NCBI RefSeq assembly: GCF_001194135.2
Contig: NC_068998.1
Span: 54,246,313 to 54,310,312 of the forward strand
DNA length: 64,000 nucleotides
Source: Octopus bimaculoides
Taxonomy: Eukaryota
Direction: 5' to 3'
Shown here: positions 9,829-23,438 of the stretch, piece after piece
Layout: the number at the start of each line of letters is the position of its first letter
Position numbering within the stretch: position 1 is the first letter of the stretch
Made by a program: the position numbers and the translations under genes
The notes under the pieces: generated by a model
Seen by the model: the letters and a program-made list of their open reading frames with translations, nothing else
What the model was told of the DNA's origin: nothing
Database searches by the model: none

Positions 9829-12166
9829 GTAGGCTAAAACATTGGCTATATTTCCTGTTTGTTTATGATCCTTCCTTCTCTCAGCTGAGTTGTTGATTGT
9901 AGCAGCGCTCACCATAATTCACACTTCACAGCCACAAAAAATATCTCTTCTTTATTCTTCTTCTTCTGAAATACCTTACCAAAGAACACAAATACCATTA
10001 AATTCCCTAACCCTATTTATTTTTATTTATTCCAAACCTATCTCCATATACACACACATCCACATTTAATTCATTTATTTACTTGTACATTTCTGTCGCC
10101 GTATTCTCGTTTTTTCTTCCATCTGCTCTCTTTCTTATCTCCTCTAAGTGCTTTTTCTAGTGTTTAATTAACCACCACTGCTGCACACGCTTCAAATTTA
10201 TCAAATTTTATCTTTTAACTGAATAACTAAATAATAAAAGGGGGGCAAAAAAGCCACCACATTATATTCACAACTCGTTTAATGGTTTCACCGTTTTAGT
10301 AACAATGACTGAAAGGACAGCAAGTTGCTTGTCTCTTCATACATACGTGTCTCTCATGTCGTTGCTTCTACATTTATATCATCATATCGTATCACATCTA
10401 TAAGACCATGAAATATCTCCACAACTACAAATATACACAGATTTAGTTAAGACTAAACTAAGCTGGCTGCTCTCCTATAAAACCTCTTCCACGCTTCGAA
10501 AATACAAGAAACACCATCATTACTTCCTACTTTACTGCCATTTATTTGTTTTATTTTCCCCGCATTTTTTATTTTATTTATACTTGATAGGATTTTATTT
10601 CCAGAACCAAAGAAATATTTACTTCAGAGAATAAAAAAAAAAAGATAAAATTGCAAAACAATGAGATTAAATGAAATAATATTAAACCCCCAACCTTGGT
10701 GTTACTTAATGAGACACTGATCAACTTAGTGTCTGCTTTACATCGATATTTTACCAATTTCTCTACACGCATCCTATGTCTGCAGGTCTGACTGGCTGTT
10801 TGCAGTTTTAACATTTTTTTTCACTATTTTCGGAACAATTAAAATTTTTTTTTCATTGTAATTCATTATATCTCTTTCCTTTCTAATTAAGCACCACCTT
10901 CTAGAAGACCTGTCTCTCTCTCTCTTTCTCCTTCTCTGCTTTTATGTCCACACAAGTCTGCAAGAAAAAAAGAATTCTTCTCTGTTCTGACATTCAAGAA
11001 ACAGTGAAATAAAGGAAATAAATTTAAAAAATAACAAAGCTTGGATTCTACAATTTTTTTTGTCTATTGTAAAAGTCTTTTGTGAGCAGAATTGTTGACC
11101 AAGTCGAGTAAAGATCTCTTTATAGAACTACAGTTATTCCTTATAGAACTAAACTATTTGACTCGCTTTCATTGAAATTTTCTAACTTATTCTTCTTGTG
11201 CCATACATTGAATTAATTTTTTTTTCTTTTTTCGGTTTCCTTCTTTAGGACTATTTTCCATTTGGGAGAAATTACTATTTCCATAGTTATCAAATCATCC
11301 ACCAATTTTTTGTTATCAAATCCTCCTCTTATTTTTTCTGATATAAAATTCTGCATGATAAACTCTGAATATTATTATCAGCATGTGTAGAGCATGTTTG
11401 CCCTAAATCGGTGCTACAGTCGTCGGACAGCCAGCTTTTGGCCATCGCCGTTGCTTTATTCTATCCCATCCCACTGCCATATTTTGAAAGCAACAAGATC
11501 TTTATCCCCTCATTCCTCCTCCTTGTCAGAGCTCGCCACATTTTCTTGCCAATTTTGACTCTGATTCCCACTCTCTCCCTCACACATGCCAGAACCACTG
11601 GGCCATTTACTCTTCTGTGATGCCAGCATTCTTCTTGGATAAAAGGGGGAACTAGCATGGCCAAAAAAATCATTGATTGGTATCTATCTCGAACCATAAT
11701 GTTGCTGCTGAAGAGATGATGTCTGATAAATGTCCTAGCTTATTTACCACTAACAGATTTTTGGTTTGGCATTTTTTAAATGTTTATGCCTTTATATTAG
11801 CTCTTATTATATTCACACGTCTTTCTACCAGATTTTTTTCCACCAATATGCACGATATCAGTTTTTAAAAACTAAAACACCATTTAAACTCGATATTATA
11901 TAAGAAACGCCTTTTATTTTCTTCGTTATCAATCACCCCCAATCGTATAAAAAAAAATTGTTGGCATTAATTTTGGGGGTCTAAATTTTTTTTTTCTCTT
12001 TATTTAGTTAAATCTTTTGTTTCGGTATTCCGTTCAGGAACTCAGTGTTTCAGACTTGCCAATAGTTTAGACAAGACTGCAATGTGCTCACACAATTCAA
12101 CATCCTGTACATATTAAATCCAACTTGAAGAAGCTATAGATAGATGATACATGCATAGATAGATAA

Positions 12167-12197
<31 letters not shown>

Positions 12198-15100
12198 GAT
12201 AGACTGACGTAGATATTTAATTAATTTCTATTATTGACCAAGAGATTTCATAATCTGTTGTTTTTGGCATTATACTTCTAATTTTTGTTTATAATTTTGT
12301 CATATTTTTCTAAAGAATAACGAGAAAAAAATCTTGGAAGTAAAAATAATTGAGCTTTAAAAGGAGAATTGTGGTTGAAACTTTTCGTTTTGTTTTTTCC
12401 TTTGTTATTTTTTTTGCTCTTTGGAATTGCTGTGTGTAGAGGAAGTGAAGAAGAAAAGCACATTGGTCCTAAAAGCATATTATAATGACTCATAATATAT
12501 AACCTTATGATATAGAGTTCAATTTTTGTATTGTGGACAGTTGTGTTTGTATTTATGCTGTCGTCGGGAAAATAGGCACGTGGGGGGGGGGGCACAAGAT
12601 ACATGCCATTGAAGCTAAGAATTTTCAAACTTAATAATATAGTATATTACTCAACTTTTGGCATTCAAGTACTGTTTTTCTCTCCTTGTTTTACACCTAT
12701 GTGCTTATTTGTTTGTGTGTATATATACACACACATGCAAACACACAAACCTTGCTGAACTCAGTTGGAAAATTTGAGTTGCTGTGGTTGTTTCAGCCCC
12801 AGACTAGTTCTATTCGAAATAATTCTAGCAATGGTCATTCTCTCTTATTTCTGAATACCCTATCCAAGACTACATTATGAAATGTTTTTGCTTTCTTTTT
12901 GTTTTTCTTTCTTTCCGTTTTAAGATAAAATGATGTGTTTATAAGGGAGGACTTTTGTGTGCTGTTTCCAGCAGGTGGAAGGGGCGCATTCCAACCACCC
13001 TTCACCTTCTTGGCTCGGTTGATGAAAGAGAGAAAGATACCAATAAGTTTTATTCAATACATACTGAACCAATATGAATTCTTGTCATAATATCGATTCC
13101 CAACATTGGCACAAGGCCACACGTGCGGGGGAGGGTTTCGTGAAGCAATAACCACAAACAATACTTACGAAGACATAAATGCAGTTTAGTGCCCTCCCTC
13201 AGTTTGCCTCCTCCTCCTCATAACTTCTTCGAAAAATGCATATATTTTAATGAAATTTGGCAGAGATATGTTATCGATGGTGTAGGTTGCGATTAAGTTG
13301 ACAAAATTTCTTATTATTATTAAACCAGAATCGTTAGCATGCCGGGCAAAATGCTTAGCAACATTTCGTCCGTCTTTACATTGTAAGTTTAACTTCTGCC
13401 GAGGTCGACTTTGCCTTTCATCCTTCGGAGTCGATAAAATAAGTACCAGTTACGCATTACTGTCAATGTAATCGGCTTTCCTCCTCTTGTGCTAAAATTT
13501 GAAATCATCATCATTATTATTTATTATTATTTCTCTTTTTTGTGAGGACGACTAAGCGAACCATTTTTTTCTTGCCTGCAGATTTCCTCGTAACTCTCTT
13601 TAAAACGCATGCCTTTAAATAACATTTTGCTGGAATATGTTTTCGGGCGTATCGATTATTTAATGTTGATGTTTCAAACATAACTAAAACGGAAGGGGAG
13701 AAAAATACGCGGAAAATTACCTGAAACTTCACATTTTTTCCTTCTTAAATTTAATCCACATAATAACCCCACGCAAATCTCATTAAAAGTATGCGTTTTT
13801 CATTAAGTTCTGAGGAAACGGTCAAAGGGCACCAAGTTGTAGCTATGAACACACACGCACACATTTCCATCCTTCATCATCGTCATTTTAACGTCCACTC
13901 TTCCATGCTGGAATGGGTCGGAAGAAGTAAATTGAAGCAGGTGCTTTTCCTGTTGCCATCCCCCACCTGTTTCCAAGCAAGGTAATATTTCCCCTCCATG
14001 GCCAGAGAGAATATTGAAAATGAACAACACTGCTTGTATGACAGTGATAATCATTTACAACTACCATGTGATGTTAGGACAAGGACACACGCATACACAC
14101 AAAGTTTTCACCTTCCAGATCCAATCTCAACGTTTTGGTTTGCCCAGGGCTGTGGTTATAGTAAATGTGCCACACAGTGGGACTGAACCCAGAACTATGT
14201 GGTTGGTGAACAAACTTCTTTCCATACAACCATACCTGCACCTCTGTGTGTGAATGAGTGCATTGTCATCAGTTGATGTCTGTTTTTCATGCTGGCTTGG
14301 GTTGTGCAGTTTACAGGAACTGGCAATGCAGAGAACTGCCCCAGGCTCTGTTGCTTTGACACGGTTTCTACAGTTGGATGCCCTTCCTAAAGCCAACCAC
14401 TTTACACTGTGTACTGGGTGCTTTTACATGGCACCAGCACAAGTGGGGTAACCAAGTGACTTGTATTATGAAGGCCATTCAGCTAGGACAGGGAGTAAAC
14501 ACTAGCGACATAGACAAAACAGTGTGTGAAGGAAAGCAAAAAACATCTCATAATTTGACAGATGGAGGTATGGCTTAGTGATTTCTACCAAGTTTAGTTA
14601 TTTTTTTTATATATATAGTGAATTAGTCATTCCCAAAGTTTCCAAAGACAGGAGTACCTAAAACTTGCCTGTTTTCTACCAATGTGACAAAAGATATAAA
14701 CACACACACACATACACATACAGGACAGCCTCCCACGTGGTTTCTGCTTAGCAAATGTATCTCAGAAAGTGTTGGTGGACCAAGAAATATACTTGTCCAA
14801 GATGCTGTACAATGGAGTCAAAATAGGAACCAAAGAATTCTGAAGCATAATTCTTTGCTACGCAGCCACAACTTAGCCCAAAGTATTTTTATTTTACCAA
14901 ATTTGGAAGGATGGAAGACAAAGTTGACATCAATCACCGATGCCATCATGGAAAAACAGATGTTAAATGATGGTCGACATCATTTTGTTTGACTCTCTTT
15001 ATGGTTCTGTTGTTGTTTAGTCCAGGTCAACCTTGCATCAAGCAAACCTTATATCGGTCATTCCAGCCATGATCATCCTGTCTTTTTCTTATATGCAAGG

Positions 15101-18100
15101 AATTCTGAACCACATTATCTAGTGAGCTCTTTTCTAAGACAGCAGGGATGCAATATAAGGGAGATTTAACTGCTATTTCTTGCTGGTTTACTGACCACAT
15201 AGAAGCTCCCTTGTCCTGTTTCCCTGCTGCTTACATCAGACTGCATTCAGGTCTTCTCTTCTCCACCTACCCGCCCTACCTCTGCAATAGTTCTCTCAGA
15301 ATAAACTACTCAGAATTTCCTACCACCACCAATTCCAGTTGAGTATGATTTTAGTCTTGAAAATGTTTCAGATCTCTAGAGTTGACTAATGCAGATGGAA
15401 TTCCTCAAGTTTGGTCCTTCTTATGTTTCTAAAGTTTCCTGTTAATCTCTTGTATCTTTTACTTGTTTCAGTCTTTGGACTGCATCCCATCATGGGGCTC
15501 TGTCTTTGAGGGTTTTGTTCAAATTGGCTTCAACTACAGCCTCCAGATGACTTCAGAATCTCCAGCAACTCTTCTGAACGGTCTCCTTGTTTAAGTTGGT
15601 CAATGCTGCCATAATCCTTGCCTTCAGTTCATCTTTGTTATTACAAGGAGTTTTGTTGGTCCCTTTCTCAACTGTGCTCCATACAATAATGAAGGGAGTT
15701 GAAGTCTGGGGAGTCAGGTGGCCAGATGTTATGGGGTGGTGTGGTTGCAGAAATTGTCTGACAGCCAGGACTAGGTTCTCCTGCCTGTGTAGCATAGTGC
15801 AGAGTCCTGTTGCCAGACATCGGGTCTTCCAGCAGCCACCCTCTTCACCCAGGACAGCACTTGATGTAGGCCTCTGTGTTGATACTGAGGCCGTGTTTGA
15901 AGATGAATGGAGACATAACATTGCCATCACTAGTGACCACTCCAAACACCATAATGTTGACTGGATGTTTGATTTTTATCACTCTCGGTACATGTCCTCA
16001 GATTGACACCCAGACACTCTGAAATATTCGTGGTTGGAAAGCAAACTTCTCAATTATACAGCCATGCTTATACCAGACTTGTGCCTCAGAGGGGAACTTT
16101 CTAGGTACAATGCCATGGTCATTCATGACTGAAAGGGTCTTTACCCTTTACACACACATACATACATATACACACACACACACACACAATGGGTTCCTGC
16201 TGTATGCATCTACCAAATTACCTCACAAGTCATCAGTCACTCTTGGGCTGTAGTAGATGACACTTATCAAAAGTGCTTTGCAGTGGGACCAAACTTGAAA
16301 CCTGGTTGTTGGAAAGTGAACCTCTAACCACACAGCCATCCTTGGAGTTTTAACTCCTTTTATTGAAGTCCATAAACTAATACATTAAACTTAGTGTTTT
16401 GTTCATACCCTTAAAATATCTATTTAACCAATAATCTATCCATCCATCTTCTCTGCCCACTATTCCTGCAAGGGTCGTGAAGGTAGAATCCTCAAGTATG
16501 ACCAACTGACATAATGGATATTATCCAACCCTCTTGCACATGATGTACTCCTATGTCTCCTGTCAGTTATCTTGGCTTGAAGAATCAGTCTTGTGCTACT
16601 TTCCTGTGACATTCTAACCTGTAGTACAAAAGCTGTGCCCAAGAAGTAACAGGTCAACATGGAAAGACATCCTGATCTTCGAGCTATGCACCCCCATTGA
16701 GTAACTGCTATGGAGAAGGTGCTTGAAGACTGTACTGCTACTACCCTCCCAGGAATAATGGGTGGCAAAACTGGATGGATGATTTATGATAAAGCTTCTT
16801 TATAAACTGAGCCTTTCGGCAAGCTGAGTTTTTAAACTCCAAACTGAGCATTGTAGTTGAAACACTGACCAAAGATCTTGCTCTTTTTGTTGTTATTGTT
16901 TGGACATTCAGATTTGGGTGTGCTGTACCTTACTCAGCAGATTAGACTAAACATCTGTCTTTTTTTCATCTGAAGAAGATACATGCTTATAATAGGAATT
17001 GATTTTTCTTTCTTTTCCAAGCCAAGGAATCTTATGACATGAAGCCAATTCTTTTGTTAATCAATAACTGATGACATAGCTGGACAAATTGATCATTAAT
17101 ATTGACCATCTATTGAAGACTAGAAACAAACTTAAAGAATAACTTAATTACTTGAGAATAGGATGGCTAACTTGTGAAAGGAAATTCTGTTACTCTTCAG
17201 ATTTTATTCAACTCAAGTATTGCTCGTTCTTCAGATTACAAAAATATGTATGGATGTCAATAAGGGAAATCTTTTGTTTCCATTTCTTATTGTACTATCC
17301 TCCATTATATAATCATGTTTATATTCTCACCTGTTTTTAATTTTAATTTTTACACTGAATTTTTTTAAATCTTATATATCATCATCATCATTTAATGTCC
17401 ACTTTTCCATGCTTGCATAGGTCGTACAGGATTTATTGAGGCAGATTTTCTGACCAGCTGCCCTTCTTGTTACCAACCCTCATCTGTTTTCAAGTGAGGT
17501 AATATTTCCCATTGTTGGACATGTTTTTCATGGAAGACTGGAGACGACCAACCTCACTTGTATGACAATGATGCTCATTTACAACCATCGTGTGATGTCC
17601 AGACAAAAGTACACACAAACATGTATGTACACATGCCCTTCCTAATGCCAACCATCCCAAGAGTGTAGTGGGTGCCTTTGATGTGTCACCAGCACAGGTA
17701 TCTTTTACATGGCAGTGGCACAAGTGCCTTTTATATATAATCAAAACAAAAGATTGGAAAATCTTTAATTCCTTGTTACACACGTTTCATAAAAGATAAG
17801 AGTTACAAAGGTATAGATTCAAAAAGGTATAGATTGATAAATTTACTCTAAATTCATAAACTGTTACATCTTTCTTTTTTCTGGAATATATTCTCAGCAG
17901 TTCTACTGAAGAATATTTATGGCCAGCACTTTAGACTTGGTCTGTCACCTTTTAGGTTGGCTTTGTGATTTAGGTCTGTTTTTCCATGGGTTGGATGGGT
18001 CTTTCAAACAGATTCTTGCCATTTATTGCATTTTTTTGACATTTCATTTTTGAGGTCCAACATTCTGGTATCAGTTTTTACCACTTTTTCCCCATGTCTT

Positions 18101-20915
18101 CCTTTGCCTTCCTCTTCCAAAGTGTCCTGGCATCTCTTTACACATCTTGCCTGTACCAATGCAATCTTCATTCTCGCTCACCACAACTAATTCATCTTGT
18201 ATCTAATTTATCTATCAGCTCATGTATACTCTGCCATTTGTGCATGCTATCATTATACATCTAGACGAGCATGCTTGCTTTATTTCTTTCCACTCTTTGT
18301 TTATCCTCCACATTTAGTGCCCACATCTCGTGTTGCCATGCAGCATCACACTTCAGGCACAAGCATCAAGTTGTCCTCTCTCTTTTCAAAGAGAGAACCC
18401 CCTGAACATTTTTCCTCTGTTCTTATTCAGTTAGCTATTCTTTCAGAGCACTGTTCTCCACTGCTACTTAGATTTCCCTGCTAACATAAACTATCAACTA
18501 CTACAGATTTTGTGTGTGTGTGTGTTTATACGCTTGTTTTGACATGTGATGGTTATAAACAAATATCATCATGCAAGTGATGTTGTTAGTTTCCAGTCTA
18601 AGGTGAAAAGAATGTCTGGCCTGGAAATAGGCTTGGGTTGGTGACAGGAAGGGCATCAGGCCATAGAAAATCTGCCTCAACAAATTCTATCTGACCCATG
18701 CATGCATGGAAAATAGATGTTGCATCATGATGATTGATAAATATAAACTCCCTATCTAAAAGTTGATAGGGAGTTTGTTTAGGAAATGTTCTCTGCTCTG
18801 CCAACAACAGTGATAACATCTAAGTTCATTCATTGGTTGAATTCTATGTCAGTTTTCTCTGCTGGTGAGAATTCATTCAAGTATTTGGAACTGGAGCAGG
18901 TATCAAACAGTTAGATGCCTCCTCTAATGGCAACCATTTCAACAAGTATCTCTTTTCCAGCTCAGTTAAAAAAAATAGAAAAATCTGAAGCAAGTGGAAT
19001 AATCTGCCTTGTTAGAAGAACATAAGACTTCTTTCTTTTCTTTTCTTTTTGACATTTCCTCTTCTTAGCAAATGGAGTTGTGGGCTTTTCTCTTTCTCAC
19101 TGCAAGCCCTCATGGATATTTAGTATTGAATAAAAGAACTTTTTGAGGCAGGCATCATTTCAGCAGTGCTCTCATAACTTAAATTGTTAGCTAACTTTGT
19201 TTCTAAAGGAAGATAGAATGGAGAGGAATTTTGCACGACCCCAGCACATAGGCAAAATGCCATGCAACTCTCGTGAGTTTGTATAAGTTACAAAATATTA
19301 GGTGCTGTTGTCTGTTGTAGAGTAGTTTTAACAGCAAGCAGCTTACTGTTGTTAACTCGGGACTATGGGCCAAACTTAATATTAATTATTTCTAATGAAA
19401 CAAATGGTTTGGGTATTTATCTTTATTAGAATGTTTCTATCAAATGAGATTATAGAGCTTCTGTTTTTTGTATTCAAGGCTAAGGAAGAGCATTTTTGTA
19501 TCCCTGTATTCTTTGGTGTTTTATCCACGACATTAAATCTCTTCTGAATACATTTAAAACTACCGCAATTCTTAGCTCCTTGACCTTATTTTTTACTTCG
19601 TTATGTGTCGTAGTACATTGTCTAACTAGCAATTTAAAAGTTGATATGCATCATCTTTTTACATGACTCTACCATACAACCATTTGGAGTACACCTTAGG
19701 AATCTTTTGCTTGCCACTAATATCCTTGAATATCATAAATAATATTCTTTTACTATCAAAACTACTTCTACAGAAATATATATATATATATATAATCTGA
19801 TGTTAGAACAGCTTACAGTTTTTCCGTAGGCTTTCATGATTTACTGCTATAAGCATGCAAACTACCTGCTGTCAAAAGTATCATTTCATTCTGATAATGA
19901 GGCCAGGAAAGTCTTGCACTGTTAATGGACTTAATGGGTTTCGGAATGTTATTGATCCAACTAAGCATAATGGAAATATTACGGATCCTTATTAAGAAAA
20001 GATCAAACTTAGAATACAGTTGTGTCTTCAATGTTTGTAAGAAAAGCTGTTCCCTAGCTATACATACACACACCAACAAATTTTGTGTAAGATGTGGCTG
20101 GCTGTGAGTACAGGGCCAAGATGCATCTCCCTTTCTTGCTAGCCACAGCTGGAACAATTTTCATCATCACCATTATCATTTAACCTCTCTTTTCTGTGTT
20201 GGATGGTTCAACATGATCTTGGTAAGTTGCCCTGTGCTCCAGTATCGGCTTTGACATGGTTTCTACAGCTGGGTGTCCTTCCTAACACAACTAACTTGCA
20301 AGACAGAAAAAGAACAAGAAAACGACAAAAATCAAAAGCTCCTGCTTCTAATTGGTGAGTGGGGTTGCTGGGCCATGCTAAGTGTTGAAAGGCTTAAGTA
20401 TGACAGAGTAGTTGGGAAGGTGATGAAGATGGTAGTCTTTAAACTCAGAACATCCATAAGAGATGTTATCTCTGGATGAATATCACAGTAAATTTGCCTT
20501 TCAATGATGTATTCAGTTTAAGTATGATACATAGATAGCTGACACGCTCACATACATAGATATGACTTCAATAAAATGTCATTGGTATTATTTTCTACAC
20601 TAGGTCAACTGTGTAATTTATTTTGACAAAGTATGTTTATAATCTGGCAGAACCTCTCCTTCTGCAAAGCCATTATAATTGTCTCGTATAATTTTACTTT
20701 GTCTATCTTTACCATTTAATTTAGTATCGTGTTTATTGTATGGCATGTTCAACATTTGAAGAGTTAATAAAACATATAAAATTGCGTTAACTTTTCTTAC
20801 TATGACTTTCATATTATTATTTATATGGCCATCTCTTCTGCATCTGAAAGATGAAAGAGCTTGCTTCTGCTTGTCTATTATTTTTATTTATTCTTTTTGT
20901 TTTGCATTTGTTAAT

Positions 20916-20959
<44 letters not shown>

Positions 20960-21212
20960 ACACGCTCACACACTGTTTCTTTTTCTTCCCTCTATATCAT
21001 TTTTTTTCCTACTCCTACACAGACTTCTCTCCAGTTACAATAGGCTGCTACTGTCTCTTCGTTCTCCTCCCACCCCTTTCTCTCTTTCTCCCTCTCTCTC
21101 TCTCTCTTTCTCCCTCTCTCTCTCTCTCTCATCTGTGTCAATCTTAGTTTATCTCCACATTTCTCTTATACACACAGTCATGTAGGGCAATCGTAGGTGA
21201 TCCATTTGTTGA

Positions 21213-21243
<31 letters not shown>

Positions 21244-23042
21244 GCAAGCTCTCTTCTGCAGAACATCAATCCAAAAGCATTGTTTTCTCTGTTGTATCCA
21301 TACCAACAATGGATTTAGCCTCACTATTTCAGGCGTATCCATGTGTCATGGAATGTGATACTCTTACTACAAAAGCCAAAACGTTACAGGAAATTATTAT
21401 TATGTAAGATATAATCAAAAATTAAGATTTTTTTTTTTTTTAAATGAAACTTAATAAAGCAGTTAAATTCTGCAAACCAATTTTGTTTTTATTTCCTACA
21501 TTCCACAATCCATTATGTTTATGCTTCAAGAATTATTAACTTTCACCCATTTGTAATATTTTTGTATCTCTTCCAATCTGTTGGATTGCATTCATCAAAG
21601 TATGAGGTACTAATGTAACGAAATGGCAAAATTGTTGAAGTGTTTGATGGAACACTTCACAGTTTATGTTTTAAGTATCTACATGCTGGGTTTGATTCCC
21701 ACTGAGGTCAATCTTGTCTTTCATTTCTACTTAAGCCCTTTTCACCCTATGGAGCATTGGCCATTGATAACTTCTTGACTCTGGGATGTCTTCTCTGTGT
21801 CTCTTCAGTTCTGCCTCTCTATCCCCTCTCCATCTATTTTTAGGGCATCGTTTTTTTCTGTCTCTCTTGTGGGTTCGTGTTTCTCTCAGGGAAAACCTTC
21901 CTTTCCCAGGTCTTGTTGCTTTTCATTGGTCTTCAATGCTTTTGTCACTTTGCCTTTTTCTTTGTAGGGGTGTTAAACCTATGCAAATCCATTTTCACTT
22001 TTGGCAAAAGGTAGTCCATATTAGCTTAATCTCTATCTTTTGACCTGTCCAATATGATAGGCCCTACCAAGCACTCTGTAACATTGTGGCACACAAGCCA
22101 CCATGCTGCCAGAGGGACTTGACCTTGTGGTGGTTTCATTCTTCCATGGTCAACAGCACAAAGTACCAATGTAAGTCAGTGGATTGGCTTAACTGTTGGG
22201 TAGGGGGGTGGACGCAAGATTCTTTGTGATGTTTGTTCTGACTTCAATGTCTGTATCAGCTCAAGATGGCATCCTTTTCCTCCGATGAACTCAATGGCAT
22301 GGAGAGAGAAGGGAGGAGTTTGCATGCATGAGTAACCACCAGTCTTCCTCACCTCTGCAGACATAACGAGATGTAGCATGGTCAACCTTAACCAATGGAG
22401 GCTTCAATGTGTGCATAAAGTTAACACTGGCTCACGCTTATTGTCCAATCCCCATGGACTGCATTAATATTCCTTGCATTTTCCATTGCGTTGTTGCCAT
22501 TATTGAACTCATAAAGTAAAATATGCCAAATATGCTCCTTTGTCACTTCCATTATAGCTTTGAAAAAATAACTGTTAAAATTGAACTGCACTCTTCAAAA
22601 CTTGCACCAAGAATAAGTGCAAGGTAAAATTACAACCTGCTTTTAAAGCAAGTTGATGCAGGTAGTGTTGTTGGTCTCTATTCCTGCTGCAAATGACTGG
22701 TAATTTGGCAGCTCAATACATTTTGTTAGATCAGCTTCTTCACATGACATTAATCTGTAGAGGCAAAGCTGGTTCTGTTTCACCCAGCAACAACAAAAAA
22801 TGATCTATTTTAATATGGCTGAATAACAGCTGAAATACGATTAAAGCAATTAAAAAAAAAAGTTGCCACTATTGCATGTTGTTGTTGTTGTTGTAGTTTG
22901 TTTTAAATATTGTTTTTAACTTATATTTCTGAATTCTATTTCTATTATAAAATTATTCAGACTATTGGCTATTGATCTGTATTAATAATTGTTTTTGCTT
23001 ATTTACTAGTTTCTGTTAGCATAATAAATGTAACATCTTCAC

Positions 23043-23097
<55 letters not shown>

Positions 23098-23404
23098 ATA
23101 TGTATGTGTATACTGCGTGTGTGTGTGTGTGTATCAAACTTCTATTGCAACTGATGATGTTGACTAATTTTACAGTAAGTTAAAAAATGCAATATATCTA
23201 AATGAATTTTGACTCGGACCATCTGTTGCTACTGCTGCTACTACTACTACTTTTGCTATTATTGCCTACTTTTTTTATAAATCATTCCCCCACCTACATC
23301 CTCATCCCATACTCCAAAACTAGATGCCATCAGGATCGAATGAGTGAGGCCTAACACTGTCGAGGAAAGATATACACATACACATACACATATCTCTATC
23401 TATA

Positions 23405-23438
<34 letters not shown>

